Shown: positions 24,415 to 34,505 of the stretch, piece after piece | Position numbering within the stretch: position 1 is the stretch's first letter | Layout: each line of letters opens with the position of its first letter | Notes under the pieces: generated by a model | Seen by the model: the letters and a program-made list of their open reading frames with translations, nothing else | Databases searched by the model: none | What the model was told of the DNA's origin: nothing | From: Spirochaetia bacterium | GTDB taxonomy: Bacteria; Spirochaetota; Spirochaetia; CADAEX01 | Direction of reading: 5' to 3' | Length of the DNA stretch: 64,000 bases | NCBI GenBank assembly: GCA_963662265.2 | Contig: CAXXHA010000010.1 | Location: 32,001-96,000, forward strand | Translations under genes and position numbers: made by a program

Positions 24415-27402
24415 ATGAATAATCCTCTTGCATCCAAGTTTCATTTCAAGGAAACCCCATTTAAACAGCTTATGGATAAAAGGATAAATGACATACTCCT
24501 TGTATGCAGCAAATATGACAAATTCATGCTTGATGAAGACGGCAGAATTGATGAACAGCTTTTCCAGGAATATGTGTCCCTCAACCTCCGCTATCCTCCC
24601 CGTTTCACACATGTTTCAACAGAGGAAGAAGCTTTTGAAAAGCTCTACACGGAGAATTTCGACCTTGTAATTACAATGCTCAACTTCAAGGGAACACTCG
24701 TTCTTGACCTTGCGGAAAACATAAAAACAGCATATCCCGATATACCTGTAGTTGTATTGAGCCCGTTTTCAAAGGCTATTTCAAAGAAACTTCAGGCTCT
24801 TCAAAATGTCAAGGCAGACTATATTTTCTCATGGCTCGGCAATGCAAGGCTGCTGCTGGCAATTGTAAAACTTATTGAGGATAAAATGAATGTTGAGCAT
24901 GATGTGGAAATCGCAGGTGTTCAGACAATTATTCTTGTAGAAGACTCAATCCGTTACTATTCAAGTTACCTGCCCAACATATACAGGCTTCTTTTCCGGC
25001 AGGCCAGAAGGATTATGGAAGAGGGGTTAAATGAATATCAGCAGAATACAAGGATGAGAGGAAGGCCGAAAATTCTCCTTGCAACTTCCTATGAGGAGGC
25101 TATCGAGCTTTATGAAAAATACAAGAACAATACTCTCGGTGTAATTTCCGATATCGGATATAAACGGGAAGGTGTTGAAGACCCTGTTGCAGGGCTGAAA
25201 CTGAGCAGACTGATTCGGGAGGAAAACACAGATGTTCCCATACTGCTTCAGTCGGCCCAGCTTGACCTTAAGGAGGAGGCCTCCACATATAACGCATCCT
25301 TTATCTACAAGCACTCTGAGACCCTGCTTAAAGAGCTGAGAGACTATATCAAAGACAATTACGGCTTCGGAGACTTTATATTCAAAGACCCTGAAGGGAT
25401 GACTCTTGAAAAGGCGAGAAACCTCAAAGAGCTTCAGGAAAAACTCGCAATTGTTCCAAACTATTCTGTCGAACACCATATCAGACAGAACCACTTTTCA
25501 AAGTGGATGAGGGCAAGAGCGCTTTTTACACTTGCAGAAATTTTCAAGCCTATCCAGCTCAAGGATTTTGACGGGTCTCTTCTTGAGACAAAAAAGTATC
25601 TTATTGAAATTATCAAGCTCTACAGAAAACAGACCGGAAAGGGTTCAATCGCAAGTTTTGACAACAACAGGTTTGATGATTTTACATCATTCGCAAGAAT
25701 CGGGGACGGTTCACTCGGGGGAAAAGCAAGAGGTCTCGCTTTCATTGATAATATAATTAAAAGGCATGACCTTCTGTTCAAATACAAGAACATAACAATC
25801 AGTATCCCTAAAACAATTGTTCTTTCAACATCTGTCTTTGAAGATTTCATGGACCTAAACAACCTGTACAGTACAGCTCACTCAATAAAAACAGACAAGC
25901 TTATGTTAAACGCGTTTCTCCAGGCGGAACTGCCGGAATATATGCATGAATATATAAAAACAATCCTGACTGTAGTAACCAGGCCTATTGCAGTAAGATC
26001 ATCCAGTCTTCTCGAAGACTCACTCTACCAGCCTTTTGCGGGAGTTTATGCAACATACATGCTTCCAAACAACAACGAAGACCTTAAAATCAGGTGTCTT
26101 CAGCTGGAACAGGCTGTAAAAAGTGTTTTTGCATCAACATATTCCAGAAAAAGCAAGGCATATATTTCTGCAACAAAAAATGTAATTGACGAGGAAAAAA
26201 TGGGTGTAATAATCCAGGAAGTGACCGGACAGGAGCATGACGGGTATTTCTATCCCGATTTTGCAGGAGTTGCCAGATCATACAACTACTACCCTCTTCC
26301 TAATGAAAAAACTGAAGAGGGGATAGCAGATATTGCTCTGGGGCTTGGTAAGACTGTTGTTGAGGGGGGAACAGGCCTGAGATTTTCACCTTCCCATCCA
26401 AAAAAAAACATAATGTTTTCTTCAGTTGATACTGCCCTCAAATCAAGCCAGAAAGTTTTTCACGCCCTGGACTTAAGCCCGTACAGTTTTACTCCTTCGA
26501 TAGACCAGGAGGAAAATATTCCCCGTCTGGATATTGACAGGGCATTTGAAAACCCGACATTCAAGTATATCGGATCTACATATGACATGCAGAACAATGC
26601 AATCAAGGACACAGTAAATGCTCAGGGAAAGAAAATTGTTACATTTGCCGGAATTCTCAAGTACAAAATGTTTCCCATTGCAGACATACTCAAGGAACTA
26701 CTTGCAATAGGTCATGAATCAATGCAGTGCCCTGTTGAAATTGAATTTGCTGTCAATTTAAGCCCGAATCCTGAAATACCGCACAAATTCAGCTTTCTTC
26801 AGATCAGGCCGATAGTAGAAGGGCTTGAAGCGATTGACCTCAATATCAACAACTACACAAAAGAAGATAAAATTATCCATTCAGATAAAGCCCTCGGAAA
26901 CGGAAAATATGAACAAATTCATGATTTTGTTTATATAAAACATGAAAGCTTTGATCCTGCACATACCCAGACTATGGCAGATACCCTGGACAGGATAAAC
27001 AACCAGTTTATTGAAGAAGACAGGAACTATATTCTCGAAGTTCCGGGCAGGCTGGGATCATCAGATCCGTGGCTGGGTATTCCTGTAAGCTGGGCCCAGA
27101 TATGCAATGCAAGGGTAATCATAGAATCCGGTCTTGAAAATTTCCAGGTTGAACCAAGCCAGGGGACCCACTTCTTCCACAATATAACTTCACTGAATAT
27201 TGCCTACTTCACAATCAACCCGTTTTATAAAGACGGATTTATCAACCTTGACTTCCTTAAAGAAGCAGAGGCTGTTTACGAGGATGAATTTATAAGACAC
27301 ATAAGGTTTGAAAAAACAATAAAGGTATTTGTTGACGGCAAGGACAGAAAAGGAATTATACTGAAACCGGGAGTAGGCGCTATTGATATGATGAACCTTT
27401 AA
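24415..27402 (+). CDS. Receiver-domain + PEP/pyruvate-binding (PPDK_N) fusion protein
   Basis: Two REC-like regions (FDLVITM; LGVISDI), then GGKARGLAF, AVRSSSLLEDS...FAG, GLGKTVVEG, PVEIEFA, FLQIRP; no His-swivel or pyruvate-binding barrel recognised. Confidence 0.82.
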   Translation: MNNPLASKFHFKETPFKQLMDKRINDILLVCSKYDKFMLDEDGRIDEQLFQEYVSLNLRYPPRFTHVSTEEEAFEKLYTENFDLVITMLNFKGTLVLDLAENIKTAYPDIPVVVLSPFSKAISKKLQALQNVKADYIFSWLGNARLLLAIVKLIEDKMNVEHDVEIAGVQTIILVEDSIRYYSSYLPNIYRLLFRQARRIMEEGLNEYQQNTRMRGRPKILLATSYEEAIELYEKYKNNTLGVISDIGYKREGVEDPVAGLKLSRLIREENTDVPILLQSAQLDLKEEASTYNASFIYKHSETLLKELRDYIKDNYGFGDFIFKDPEGMTLEKARNLKELQEKLAIVPNYSVEHHIRQNHFSKWMRARALFTLAEIFKPIQLKDFDGSLLETKKYLIEIIKLYRKQTGKGSIASFDNNRFDDFTSFARIGDGSLGGKARGLAFIDNIIKRHDLLFKYKNITISIPKTIVLSTSVFEDFMDLNNLYSTAHSIKTDKLMLNAFLQAELPEYMHEYIKTILTVVTRPIAVRSSSLLEDSLYQPFAGVYATYMLPNNNEDLKIRCLQLEQAVKSVFASTYSRKSKAYISATKNVIDEEKMGVIIQEVTGQEHDGYFYPDFAGVARSYNYYPLPNEKTEEGIADIALGLGKTVVEGGTGLRFSPSHPKKNIMFSSVDTALKSSQKVFHALDLSPYSFTPSIDQEENIPRLDIDRAFENPTFKYIGSTYDMQNNAIKDTVNAQGKKIVTFAGILKYKMFPIADILKELLAIGHESMQCPVEIEFAVNLSPNPEIPHKFSFLQIRPIVEGLEAIDLNINNYTKEDKIIHSDKALGNGKYEQIHDFVYIKHESFDPAHTQTMADTLDRINNQFIEEDRNYILEVPGRLGSSDPWLGIPVSWAQICNARVIIESGLENFQVEPSQGTHFFHNITSLNIAYFTINPFYKDGFINLDFLKEAEAVYEDEFIRHIRFEKTIKVFVDGKDRKGIILKPGVGAIDMMNL

Positions 27403-27445
27403 CAGGAGAAACTCATAAGACTGGAAATATTTTTCAGTTTTTAAG

Positions 27446-27488
27446 AAGGGGCGCTTTGTAATCAGATCAATTACAGGGCGCCTTTTTT
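27446..27488 (+). terminator. Intrinsic terminator
   Basis: GGCGCTTTGTAAT...ATTACAGGGCGCC followed by a T-run. Confidence 0.75.
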
Positions 27489-27593
27489 ATATTCATCCGG
27501 CTCAAGGCAGCTGTTATTAAGACCTTATCCAGCAGTGAAAACGGTAAATATATAATCCGGAAAATGTAAAATACTGCAGTCCGGGATTAAAAA

Positions 27594-28298
27594 TCATACA
27601 GATTTCTCAGGCGGGGCAAGAAGCTTCATCTCCTTCTTTTTCCTCCGTTTTTCCCGCTCTGCAGCCCTCTCTGCAATTGTTTTCTGAAGCTTTTCAAGCG
27701 CTATTTCACCTGCAATTATCAGGGCATTTACACCTGACAGGATCTTGTGCTCTTTCCAGGAAATCCTGCCGTTCTTGGGCTTATAGACAAGATCATGCTC
27801 AATCTCTGCCCAGGAATGCATGAGAATAGAGGCAACCTGTATTTCAATCATTGTATTTCTGAATTTATCTGAAAAATCACTGTCTTTAAGATAAACACGG
27901 TAGTGATTGGCACAGTATTCTGCCTTGTTGATTTTCGGCCGTTTTCTTTTCCGGTCGTTTTTTTCGGGAAAAGTCTTGCATTTTACGACATTGAACTTTT
28001 CCCTGATTATCCGGTCAACTGCGTCCCGTTCATTTGGAAAGTAAAGAGCTATTCTCACACCTGCAAGATCATATATATCTTCCCTTATCTGCTCTTCATT
28101 TTCATAGTTTCTGGTTTTAAATCTTCTTTCAATTTTTTCCCTGAGAGAGTCAGCCTTCTTGGCCCTGGAAGATATAATTGATTTTATACCTGCAGCCTTC
28201 ATTGCATCATCAGTAATTTCCTGCGAAATATAAGCCAGTTTAATATAAAAATCATAATCCTCTTTATACTTCTCTACAAACTGATCAATTAATTCCAA
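27594..28298 (-). CDS. Stand-alone RelA/SpoT-domain small alarmone synthetase-like protein
   Basis: SRAKKADSLREK, DLAGVRI, H-Y, EIQVASILMHSWAEIEHDLVYK. Confidence 0.85.
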   Translation of the reverse strand: MELIDQFVEKYKEDYDFYIKLAYISQEITDDAMKAAGIKSIISSRAKKADSLREKIERRFKTRNYENEEQIREDIYDLAGVRIALYFPNERDAVDRIIREKFNVVKCKTFPEKNDRKRKRPKINKAEYCANHYRVYLKDSDFSDKFRNTMIEIQVASILMHSWAEIEHDLVYKPKNGRISWKEHKILSGVNALIIAGEIALEKLQKTIAERAAEREKRRKKKEMKLLAPPEKSV

Positions 28299-28975
28299 CT
28301 AAAACCCCCTTTCCAACTTTTTTATTTTTCCGGTTCCGGGTTTGATAACAAATCAAAACCATATTCTTTATGAATCAGATTTCCTGTTATCACGGTCTGA
28401 ATATATAATAATACGGATTCTCCGTTTCTCAAAGAAATCATTTGCTCTCATGTTTTTCAGGTTTTTTATCTTATGCTGCCTTTCATTGCAGTTTTTTAAA
28501 CTCTTATAAAACTGTTAAGGGGCAGAAAAAACAATGATGCTGTCCGGATTATCAAAACCCGGGCAGCATCACATGTGATAGATATTCCGGCGGAAGTATT
28601 CAAGTACAAACCGGAGAAATTATAGAGCTGCCTGTTCTGATTCAGGCATCTCTCGCTTCCCTTTCTAATATAAAAAACAACAGAAGCCAAGGTACTGTTA
28701 CAGCTTATAACAGTTAGTTTATAAAGTTATATTTTGTTAATATTTGTTATTAAAAATGATCATTGCTTATTTATAAAAAACAACTCTTTCGCAATGCCTT
28801 GAGGGATTTCAGCGTGCAGCTGTCTCCGGCACAATGATGTTACCCGCACCCGGACTGCAGGCAAAAGCCTGTTCCGCACACAGAACCGGCTCCCCCCTCA
28901 TTTTAGATGCTGTAAATTGCAACAAACAGTTGTTTATTATTCCCGCATACTATAGATAGCTTCAATTTTCTCTAA

Positions 28976-29005
28976 TTGACTCAAACAATTCAAAAAATGT
29001 ATCAT
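28976..29005 (+). promoter_or_regulatory. Probable leaderless promoter of leuS
   Basis: TTGACT 28976-28981, 18 nt, TATCAT 29000-29005, 6 nt before ATG 29012; no RBS. Confidence 0.6.
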
Positions 29006-29011
29006 GCCTTC

Positions 29012-31438
29012 ATGAGTAAATATCCATTTCACGAAATCGAAAAAAAATGGCAGAACTACTGGGAAGAGAACAATACTTTCCAGGTCACAGAAGATGAATC
29101 AATTCCTGTAGAGAAAAGAAAATATGTGCTGGATATGTTTCCCTACCCGTCAGGGGCAGGGCTTCATGTAGGTCATCCTGAAGGATATACAGCAACAGAT
29201 ATATACTGCAGATTCCTAAAGATGAACGGATACGCAGTTCTTCACCCTATGGGATTTGACTCTTTCGGACTGCCTGCAGAAAATTATGCAATCAAGACCG
29301 GGACACACCCCGGGGTATCAACACAGAACAACATAGACAAATTCAGAGAACAGATTAAGGCTCTCGGATTCTGCTATGACTGGAGCAGAGAAGTTTCCAC
29401 ACATACTGCTGAATACTATAAGTGGACACAGTGGATCTTCCTGAAACTCTATGAAAAAGGGCTTGCCTACGAATCAGAAATGCCTATCAACTTCTGCCCG
29501 TCCTGTAAAACAGGGCTTGCAAACGAAGAGGTAAAAGACGGCAAGTGCGAAAGATGTAATACACAGGTTATCAGGAAAAGCATCAGACAGTGGATGCTTA
29601 AGATTACCAAGTATGCAGACAGGCTTCTTCACGAACTTGATGAACTTGACTGGTCTGAAGCTATCAAGACTATGCAGAGGAACTGGATCGGAAGAAGTGA
29701 AGGCGCAAATGTAGTATTCCCCATGGAAAACTCATCTGATTCCATTGAGGTTTATACAACTAGACCGGATACTCTCTTCGGCGCTACATACATGGTACTT
29801 GCTCCCGAGCATCCTCTTGTACAGAAAATCACAACTGCAGATCAGAAATCAGCTGTTGAAGAATATATAAAAAAGGCAAGCTACAAGTCAGACCTTGAAA
29901 GAACAGACCTTGCAAAGGAAAAAAGCGGTGTTTTCACCGGAGCCTATGCTGTTAACCCTGTAAATGACGAGAAAATCCCTGTGTGGATTTCCGACTATGT
30001 TCTTATAACATACGGTACAGGAGCTATCATGGCTGTTCCTGCTCATGATGAGAGGGACTTCGAGTTTGCACAGCTTTTCAACCTTCCGATAATCCAGGTT
30101 GTTTCAGAAGACGGTTCACTCTATAAACTTGATCAGGCCTATGTGGCAAAAGAGGACGGCGTTGCTGTCAACTCTGCCCAGTTCACAGGCATGAAAACAC
30201 CCGATGTTATCAGAGAGATGATTAAATGGCTCGAAGAAACCGGAAGAGGAAAGAAAACAGTCAACTACAAGCTCAGGGACTGGATCTTCTCAAGACAAAG
30301 ATACTGGGGAGAGCCGATTCCTATAGTACACTGCGAAGAGTGCGGTATTGTCCCTCTTGATGAGAAAGACCTGCCCCTCACACTTCCTGAAGTGGAATCA
30401 TACACTCCTACAGGTACAGGGGAATCTCCTCTTGCTGCAATTGACGAATGGGTAAACACAACATGCCCCAAATGCGGCGGCAAGGCAAAGAGAGAAACAA
30501 ATACAATGCCCCAGTGGGCAGGTTCCTGCTGGTACTACCTCAGGTTTATCGATCCCCACAACACAGAGGAATTTGTTTCAAAAGAAAAGGAAAACTACTG
30601 GATGCCTGTAGATCTTTATGTAGGGGGAGCAGAACATGCAGTACTCCACCTCCTCTATTCAAGATTCTGGCACAAGGTACTTCATGATATAGGTGCTGTA
30701 AGCACAGTTGAACCTTTCCAGAGACTGGTTAACCAGGGAATGATTCTCGGCGAGGGCGGGGTGAAAATGTCAAAATCCCTCGGCAATGTTATCAATCCTG
30801 ATGATGTAATCAAGGATTTCGGCGCAGACTCAATGAGAATGTATGAAATGTTCATGGGACCTTTAAGTGTGTCAAAACCATGGTCAACAACAGGGATCTC
30901 AGGTGTATACCGGTTCCTCGACAGGGTCTGGAGACTTTCCGAAGAGAGAGAACTAATCAACGAAGAAGCACCAGAGGCGCTTGATAAGCTCCTTCACAAG
31001 ACTATAAAGAAAGTAACACACGATACAAATAATCTTGAATTCAACACTGCGATCTCGCAGATGATGATTTTCATAAACGACCTCTACAAAGATACAAAGC
31101 TTTACAGGGGAATGTGGGAGAAATTCATCAGGCTTCTTGCGCCTTATGCTCCCCATATTGCGGAAGAGCTCTGGGAAAAAGCGGGAAACAAACCTGCAGT
31201 ATCTCTTGAAAGCTGGCCTGAATTCGATGAAGCAAAGACTATTGAAAGTGAAGTTACAATAGTGCTTCAGATCAACAGTAAAAACAGAAGCAAGGTGGAA
31301 ATGGCCAAGGGTTCTTCAAAAGAGGAACTTGAAAAAGCTGCCCTTGAAAACAGCAGAATCAAAGAGCTTACCGAAGGTAAGAAAATAGTCAAGATAATTG
31401 CTGTTCCTGACAAACTGGTAAACATCATTGCTAAGTAA
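29012..31438 (+). CDS. leuS: Leucine--tRNA ligase
   Basis: [14 protein letters not shown] (HIGH), [23 protein letters not shown] editing domain, KMSKS. Confidence 0.98.
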   Translation: MSKYPFHEIEKKWQNYWEENNTFQVTEDESIPVEKRKYVLDMFPYPSGAGLHVGHPEGYTATDIYCRFLKMNGYAVLHPMGFDSFGLPAENYAIKTGTHPGVSTQNNIDKFREQIKALGFCYDWSREVSTHTAEYYKWTQWIFLKLYEKGLAYESEMPINFCPSCKTGLANEEVKDGKCERCNTQVIRKSIRQWMLKITKYADRLLHELDELDWSEAIKTMQRNWIGRSEGANVVFPMENSSDSIEVYTTRPDTLFGATYMVLAPEHPLVQKITTADQKSAVEEYIKKASYKSDLERTDLAKEKSGVFTGAYAVNPVNDEKIPVWISDYVLITYGTGAIMAVPAHDERDFEFAQLFNLPIIQVVSEDGSLYKLDQAYVAKEDGVAVNSAQFTGMKTPDVIREMIKWLEETGRGKKTVNYKLRDWIFSRQRYWGEPIPIVHCEECGIVPLDEKDLPLTLPEVESYTPTGTGESPLAAIDEWVNTTCPKCGGKAKRETNTMPQWAGSCWYYLRFIDPHNTEEFVSKEKENYWMPVDLYVGGAEHAVLHLLYSRFWHKVLHDIGAVSTVEPFQRLVNQGMILGEGGVKMSKSLGNVINPDDVIKDFGADSMRMYEMFMGPLSVSKPWSTTGISGVYRFLDRVWRLSEERELINEEAPEALDKLLHKTIKKVTHDTNNLEFNTAISQMMIFINDLYKDTKLYRGMWEKFIRLLAPYAPHIAEELWEKAGNKPAVSLESWPEFDEAKTIESEVTIVLQINSKNRSKVEMAKGSSKEELEKAALENSRIKELTEGKKIVKIIAVPDKLVNIIAK

Positions 31439-32885
31439 TTCAGCATCAGACACATATAAAACAAGGCAGGCGGACTTCTCCTCCCGGTTAAAACGGGAGG
31501 GGATTTTCGCCTCTGTTATTTCTGACTTCGAGAATTCCAGAAATTCTTCACTCAGATACCTTTCCGGACATCCGATGGATGCTCTTCTTATCATCTTTGC
31601 AGACTCAGACTCTGTCCTTATCCCCTGGGATGTAAACCTGGCAGGCCAGTTTGCTTCGGTATCGGAGATTGTTCCCTTCACAGATTTCAACAGAAACTTT
31701 CTTCTTGCAGTCAGGAAAAGTGCAGAAAACAAGCTTGATTCAGAACAGGGAAGAAAACTCCTCGAAGAACTTTCAGGATTCAGAGGTAATAATGATAAAA
31801 CCGGAAGCGGGAAAAGCATAATTAACGGCAACTCATCGGAAACATTCATAGATATACATGATTCAGCAGCTGCAGGCAGTCAGGAAAAAGATCAGCATTA
31901 TTCAGAAAACTCAGCTGAAACTGCTGCTGAGTGTGAATTAAAGACATCTACAGCCGTTCTCCATGACAGGGTACATGTTTACAGAAAACCTGTGCTTGAA
32001 CTTTCATCATCAACCTCCTACCCTGTTGTTTGTAAAGCACAAGCGGACCTCTGCAGGTTTATTGTACGCTGCGAAGAGGAAGGGGCTGACAGCTTCCTGG
32101 AATCAAAGAGGATAATAAAGACTGAAGAAGAAATTGAGTGCCTGAAGAAGGCTGCTTCAATAACAGACAGGGTATTTCTCAAGCTTGAAAAATTCTTTAA
32201 AGAATCTTTTTCTGAAGATTCAGAGAGAGGGGAATGTGAAAGCCCGGAAACAGCTCATGATGCTTCAGGAAATACTGGCAGAGAGGAAACCTGCCTTACA
32301 GAGACAGACATAGCGCTCTTTATCGAAACCGAGGGAAGAAAAGAGGGAGCAGAAGGGACAGGATTTGAAACACTTGCAGCATCGCCTGAAAGAAGCTTTT
32401 CAATACACCCTTTCCCGTCATACTCCGACAAAAAAGCTCCCGCCCCAGGGCTGACAATTATCGATTTCGGTCATAAATATGAAGGATATACTTCTGATGT
32501 GACAACAACTGTTGCATACGGAAAACTCACGGAAAAGCAGGAGAAAATGATCTCGCTTGTAAAAGAGGCGACAGAAATTTTCGAAAGCATCCTCGGCCCC
32601 GGAATATCAACTGTCAAGCTTACAGAAGCTGTAACTTCTCTTTTCGAAAAGAATGGATTCACAATGCCCCATGCCCTGGGCCACGGGATTGGACTTGATG
32701 TTCATGAATCTCCTGTTCTTAAAAATTTAAAGAGAACAGAGACAATCCTGAAACCGGGAATGGTTCTTGCTGTTGAACCTGGAATTTACAGCCCTGAATC
32801 CGGCGGCGTAAGACTTGAGAACGATTACATGATCACAGAAACAGGATTTGAGAAAATTACCAATTCCAGAATAATCCGGCTTTAG
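31428..32885 (+). CDS. Xaa-Pro aminopeptidase (M24) with low-complexity insertions
   Basis: [49 protein letters not shown]. Confidence 0.88.
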   Translation: MLSNSASDTYKTRQADFSSRLKREGIFASVISDFENSRNSSLRYLSGHPMDALLIIFADSDSVLIPWDVNLAGQFASVSEIVPFTDFNRNFLLAVRKSAENKLDSEQGRKLLEELSGFRGNNDKTGSGKSIINGNSSETFIDIHDSAAAGSQEKDQHYSENSAETAAECELKTSTAVLHDRVHVYRKPVLELSSSTSYPVVCKAQADLCRFIVRCEEEGADSFLESKRIIKTEEEIECLKKAASITDRVFLKLEKFFKESFSEDSERGECESPETAHDASGNTGREETCLTETDIALFIETEGRKEGAEGTGFETLAASPERSFSIHPFPSYSDKKAPAPGLTIIDFGHKYEGYTSDVTTTVAYGKLTEKQEKMISLVKEATEIFESILGPGISTVKLTEAVTSLFEKNGFTMPHALGHGIGLDVHESPVLKNLKRTETILKPGMVLAVEPGIYSPESGGVRLENDYMITETGFEKITNSRIIRL

Positions 32886-32933
32886 CAGAAAATTCAATAA
32901 AGAAAAACAGATTTAATTTTATTGCCGGAAGGA

Positions 32934-32962
32934 AGCAGGCTGAGAAATCAGCCTGTTTTTTT
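32934..32962 (+). terminator. Intrinsic terminator
   Basis: CAGGCTGA-gaaa-TCAGCCTG-TTTTTT. Confidence 0.8.
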
Positions 32963-33090
32963 CTGGAAATTCATATTTTTGCACTGCTTCTGACTATCTC
33001 TACTGCTGCGGATATCCAGCACTGCTTTACAATTTTCCAGATTATATATTATCTATTTCCTGCCAGTTCTATTTTGAACAGAATAACTTT

Positions 33091-33876
33091 TCACAAACTC
33101 CCGGAAAGCCCCCCTTCCCCGCCGCTGAAAAAAACTGTCCAGCTGTCCTTATTAATGAAAAGTTCTGCATATTTAAAACCGGGAAGATCCTTCCCCAGAA
33201 GGACAAACCTCCCGGTACAGATATTTTCAAGACTGATTTCCCCTGCAGGAGAATTGAAAGACCTGCTGTCAAGCGGCTCTGCAAGGATCCATTCATCCTT
33301 CAAAAAGATGTCGGAAAGCAGAATATCAAATGATCTTCTCAATGAAACCTGGTTTGAATTGAAAATCCCGACAGAAAGAGAATAGAGGACAGAAGTATCA
33401 GAGATTTTCCATGGATTGCAGCCGGATTTTTCCTTAAGCACCTTCTGAAAACGCCTTATATTGAAATTTGAAAAATCCACCCCTTTTTCAGAAAGGAGGA
33501 GAATTACTTCGGCAGAAAAACCGTCTTCCCATGTAAGTAACAACTCATCATCACTTAAAACAGCAGGAAAAACAGCACCTGCAGGCTTCAGCCTTATTTC
33601 ACCGGATTTTAAAACAGGGTAAGCGCAGACAGGAACAATTTCCTTTCCCGTTTCAATATCTATTTCATCCCCGAATCCCGCGCCGGTTACGACTTCTTTC
33701 CTCCCTCCTGCGTAATACTCAACACATACAGCGCAGTCTCCCTCAACAATATCCCAGCCCTGAGGTGTCTCGGGAATATGAACTGTTATTATCTGATTAT
33801 TGAAAAGAATACAGGATACATTATAAAAGGAGAGAAGAATAATCATGAGAAGAAATATAAACAAGTTATTTTTCAC
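33091..33876 (-). CDS. Hypothetical protein, probable lipoprotein
   Basis: Basic/hydrophobic N-terminus ending VSC; long ORF with typical composition. Confidence 0.6.
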   Translation of the reverse strand: MKNNLFIFLLMIILLSFYNVSCILFNNQIITVHIPETPQGWDIVEGDCAVCVEYYAGGRKEVVTGAGFGDEIDIETGKEIVPVCAYPVLKSGEIRLKPAGAVFPAVLSDDELLLTWEDGFSAEVILLLSEKGVDFSNFNIRRFQKVLKEKSGCNPWKISDTSVLYSLSVGIFNSNQVSLRRSFDILLSDIFLKDEWILAEPLDSRSFNSPAGEISLENICTGRFVLLGKDLPGFKYAELFINKDSWTVFFSGGEGGLSGSL

Positions 33877-33917
33877 ATGGAATAATAACTGCGCTTAAGG
33901 AAATACTGCTTCAGATA

Positions 33918-34457
33918 CTAACCTTCTGCTATGTTTTCCCTGTATATGTCCCTGATTCTGCTGAAAATTTCCCCGTATTCAGGACTGCGGTAGTCAAGAT
34001 ATGTCCAGGGGAAAGGCTCGAATGATCCGTTTTTATACCCGAGTGTGACTTCTCCGTATATCCCCTCTTTCAGAGGTATTCTATGGACATTGTCCTTTGT
34101 AGACGCCAGAATAAGATGACTGAGATTAAGAATGCCGGGATCAAAATTCAACCGCCTTGATAATCCCTCGCCATTCTGTATAGAGAAGAATTTTTCCAGG
34201 TAATTTGTGTGGATTTTGACATCAGAAAGTTCATCAGGCAGAATAAGCCTTTCAAACGAAAGGAAAAATCGGTCTATATCCCCGCCCATCTCACGGTCGT
34301 AGTAAGATGTATAGGAAAAAGGATATATCTCACTCTTATAATCAACAGGACCGAATTCATCGGTAAGAGCCTTTATAACTTCACCTTCACGGTCTTTCAG
34401 AACAGAAAGAATACCTATGATAAGCTTATGTTTTTTAAACGGTTTTATCTCTCCCAA
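33918..34457 (-). CDS. DUF4416-family protein
   Basis: FSYTSYY..EMG, K..TN.LE, R.LNFDPG, LASTKD..HRI.L..GIYGEVTL, PWTY.DY. Confidence 0.8.
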   Translation of the reverse strand: MGEIKPFKKHKLIIGILSVLKDREGEVIKALTDEFGPVDYKSEIYPFSYTSYYDREMGGDIDRFFLSFERLILPDELSDVKIHTNYLEKFFSIQNGEGLSRRLNFDPGILNLSHLILASTKDNVHRIPLKEGIYGEVTLGYKNGSFEPFPWTYLDYRSPEYGEIFSRIRDIYRENIAEG

Positions 34458-34505
34458 AACATTCTCCTTGTCATATAAATAATTTTACATCATAATACAA
34501 ATATA

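Noticed and set aside
28300-29011. T-box leader for leuS
   Set aside because: No T-box consensus or terminator/antiterminator seen, and the promoter spacing suggests a leaderless transcript.
31474-31510. Terminator after leuS (CTCCCG...CGGGAG)
   Set aside because: Short stem inside the overlapping peptidase ORF with a poor U-tract; cannot be supported as a terminator.
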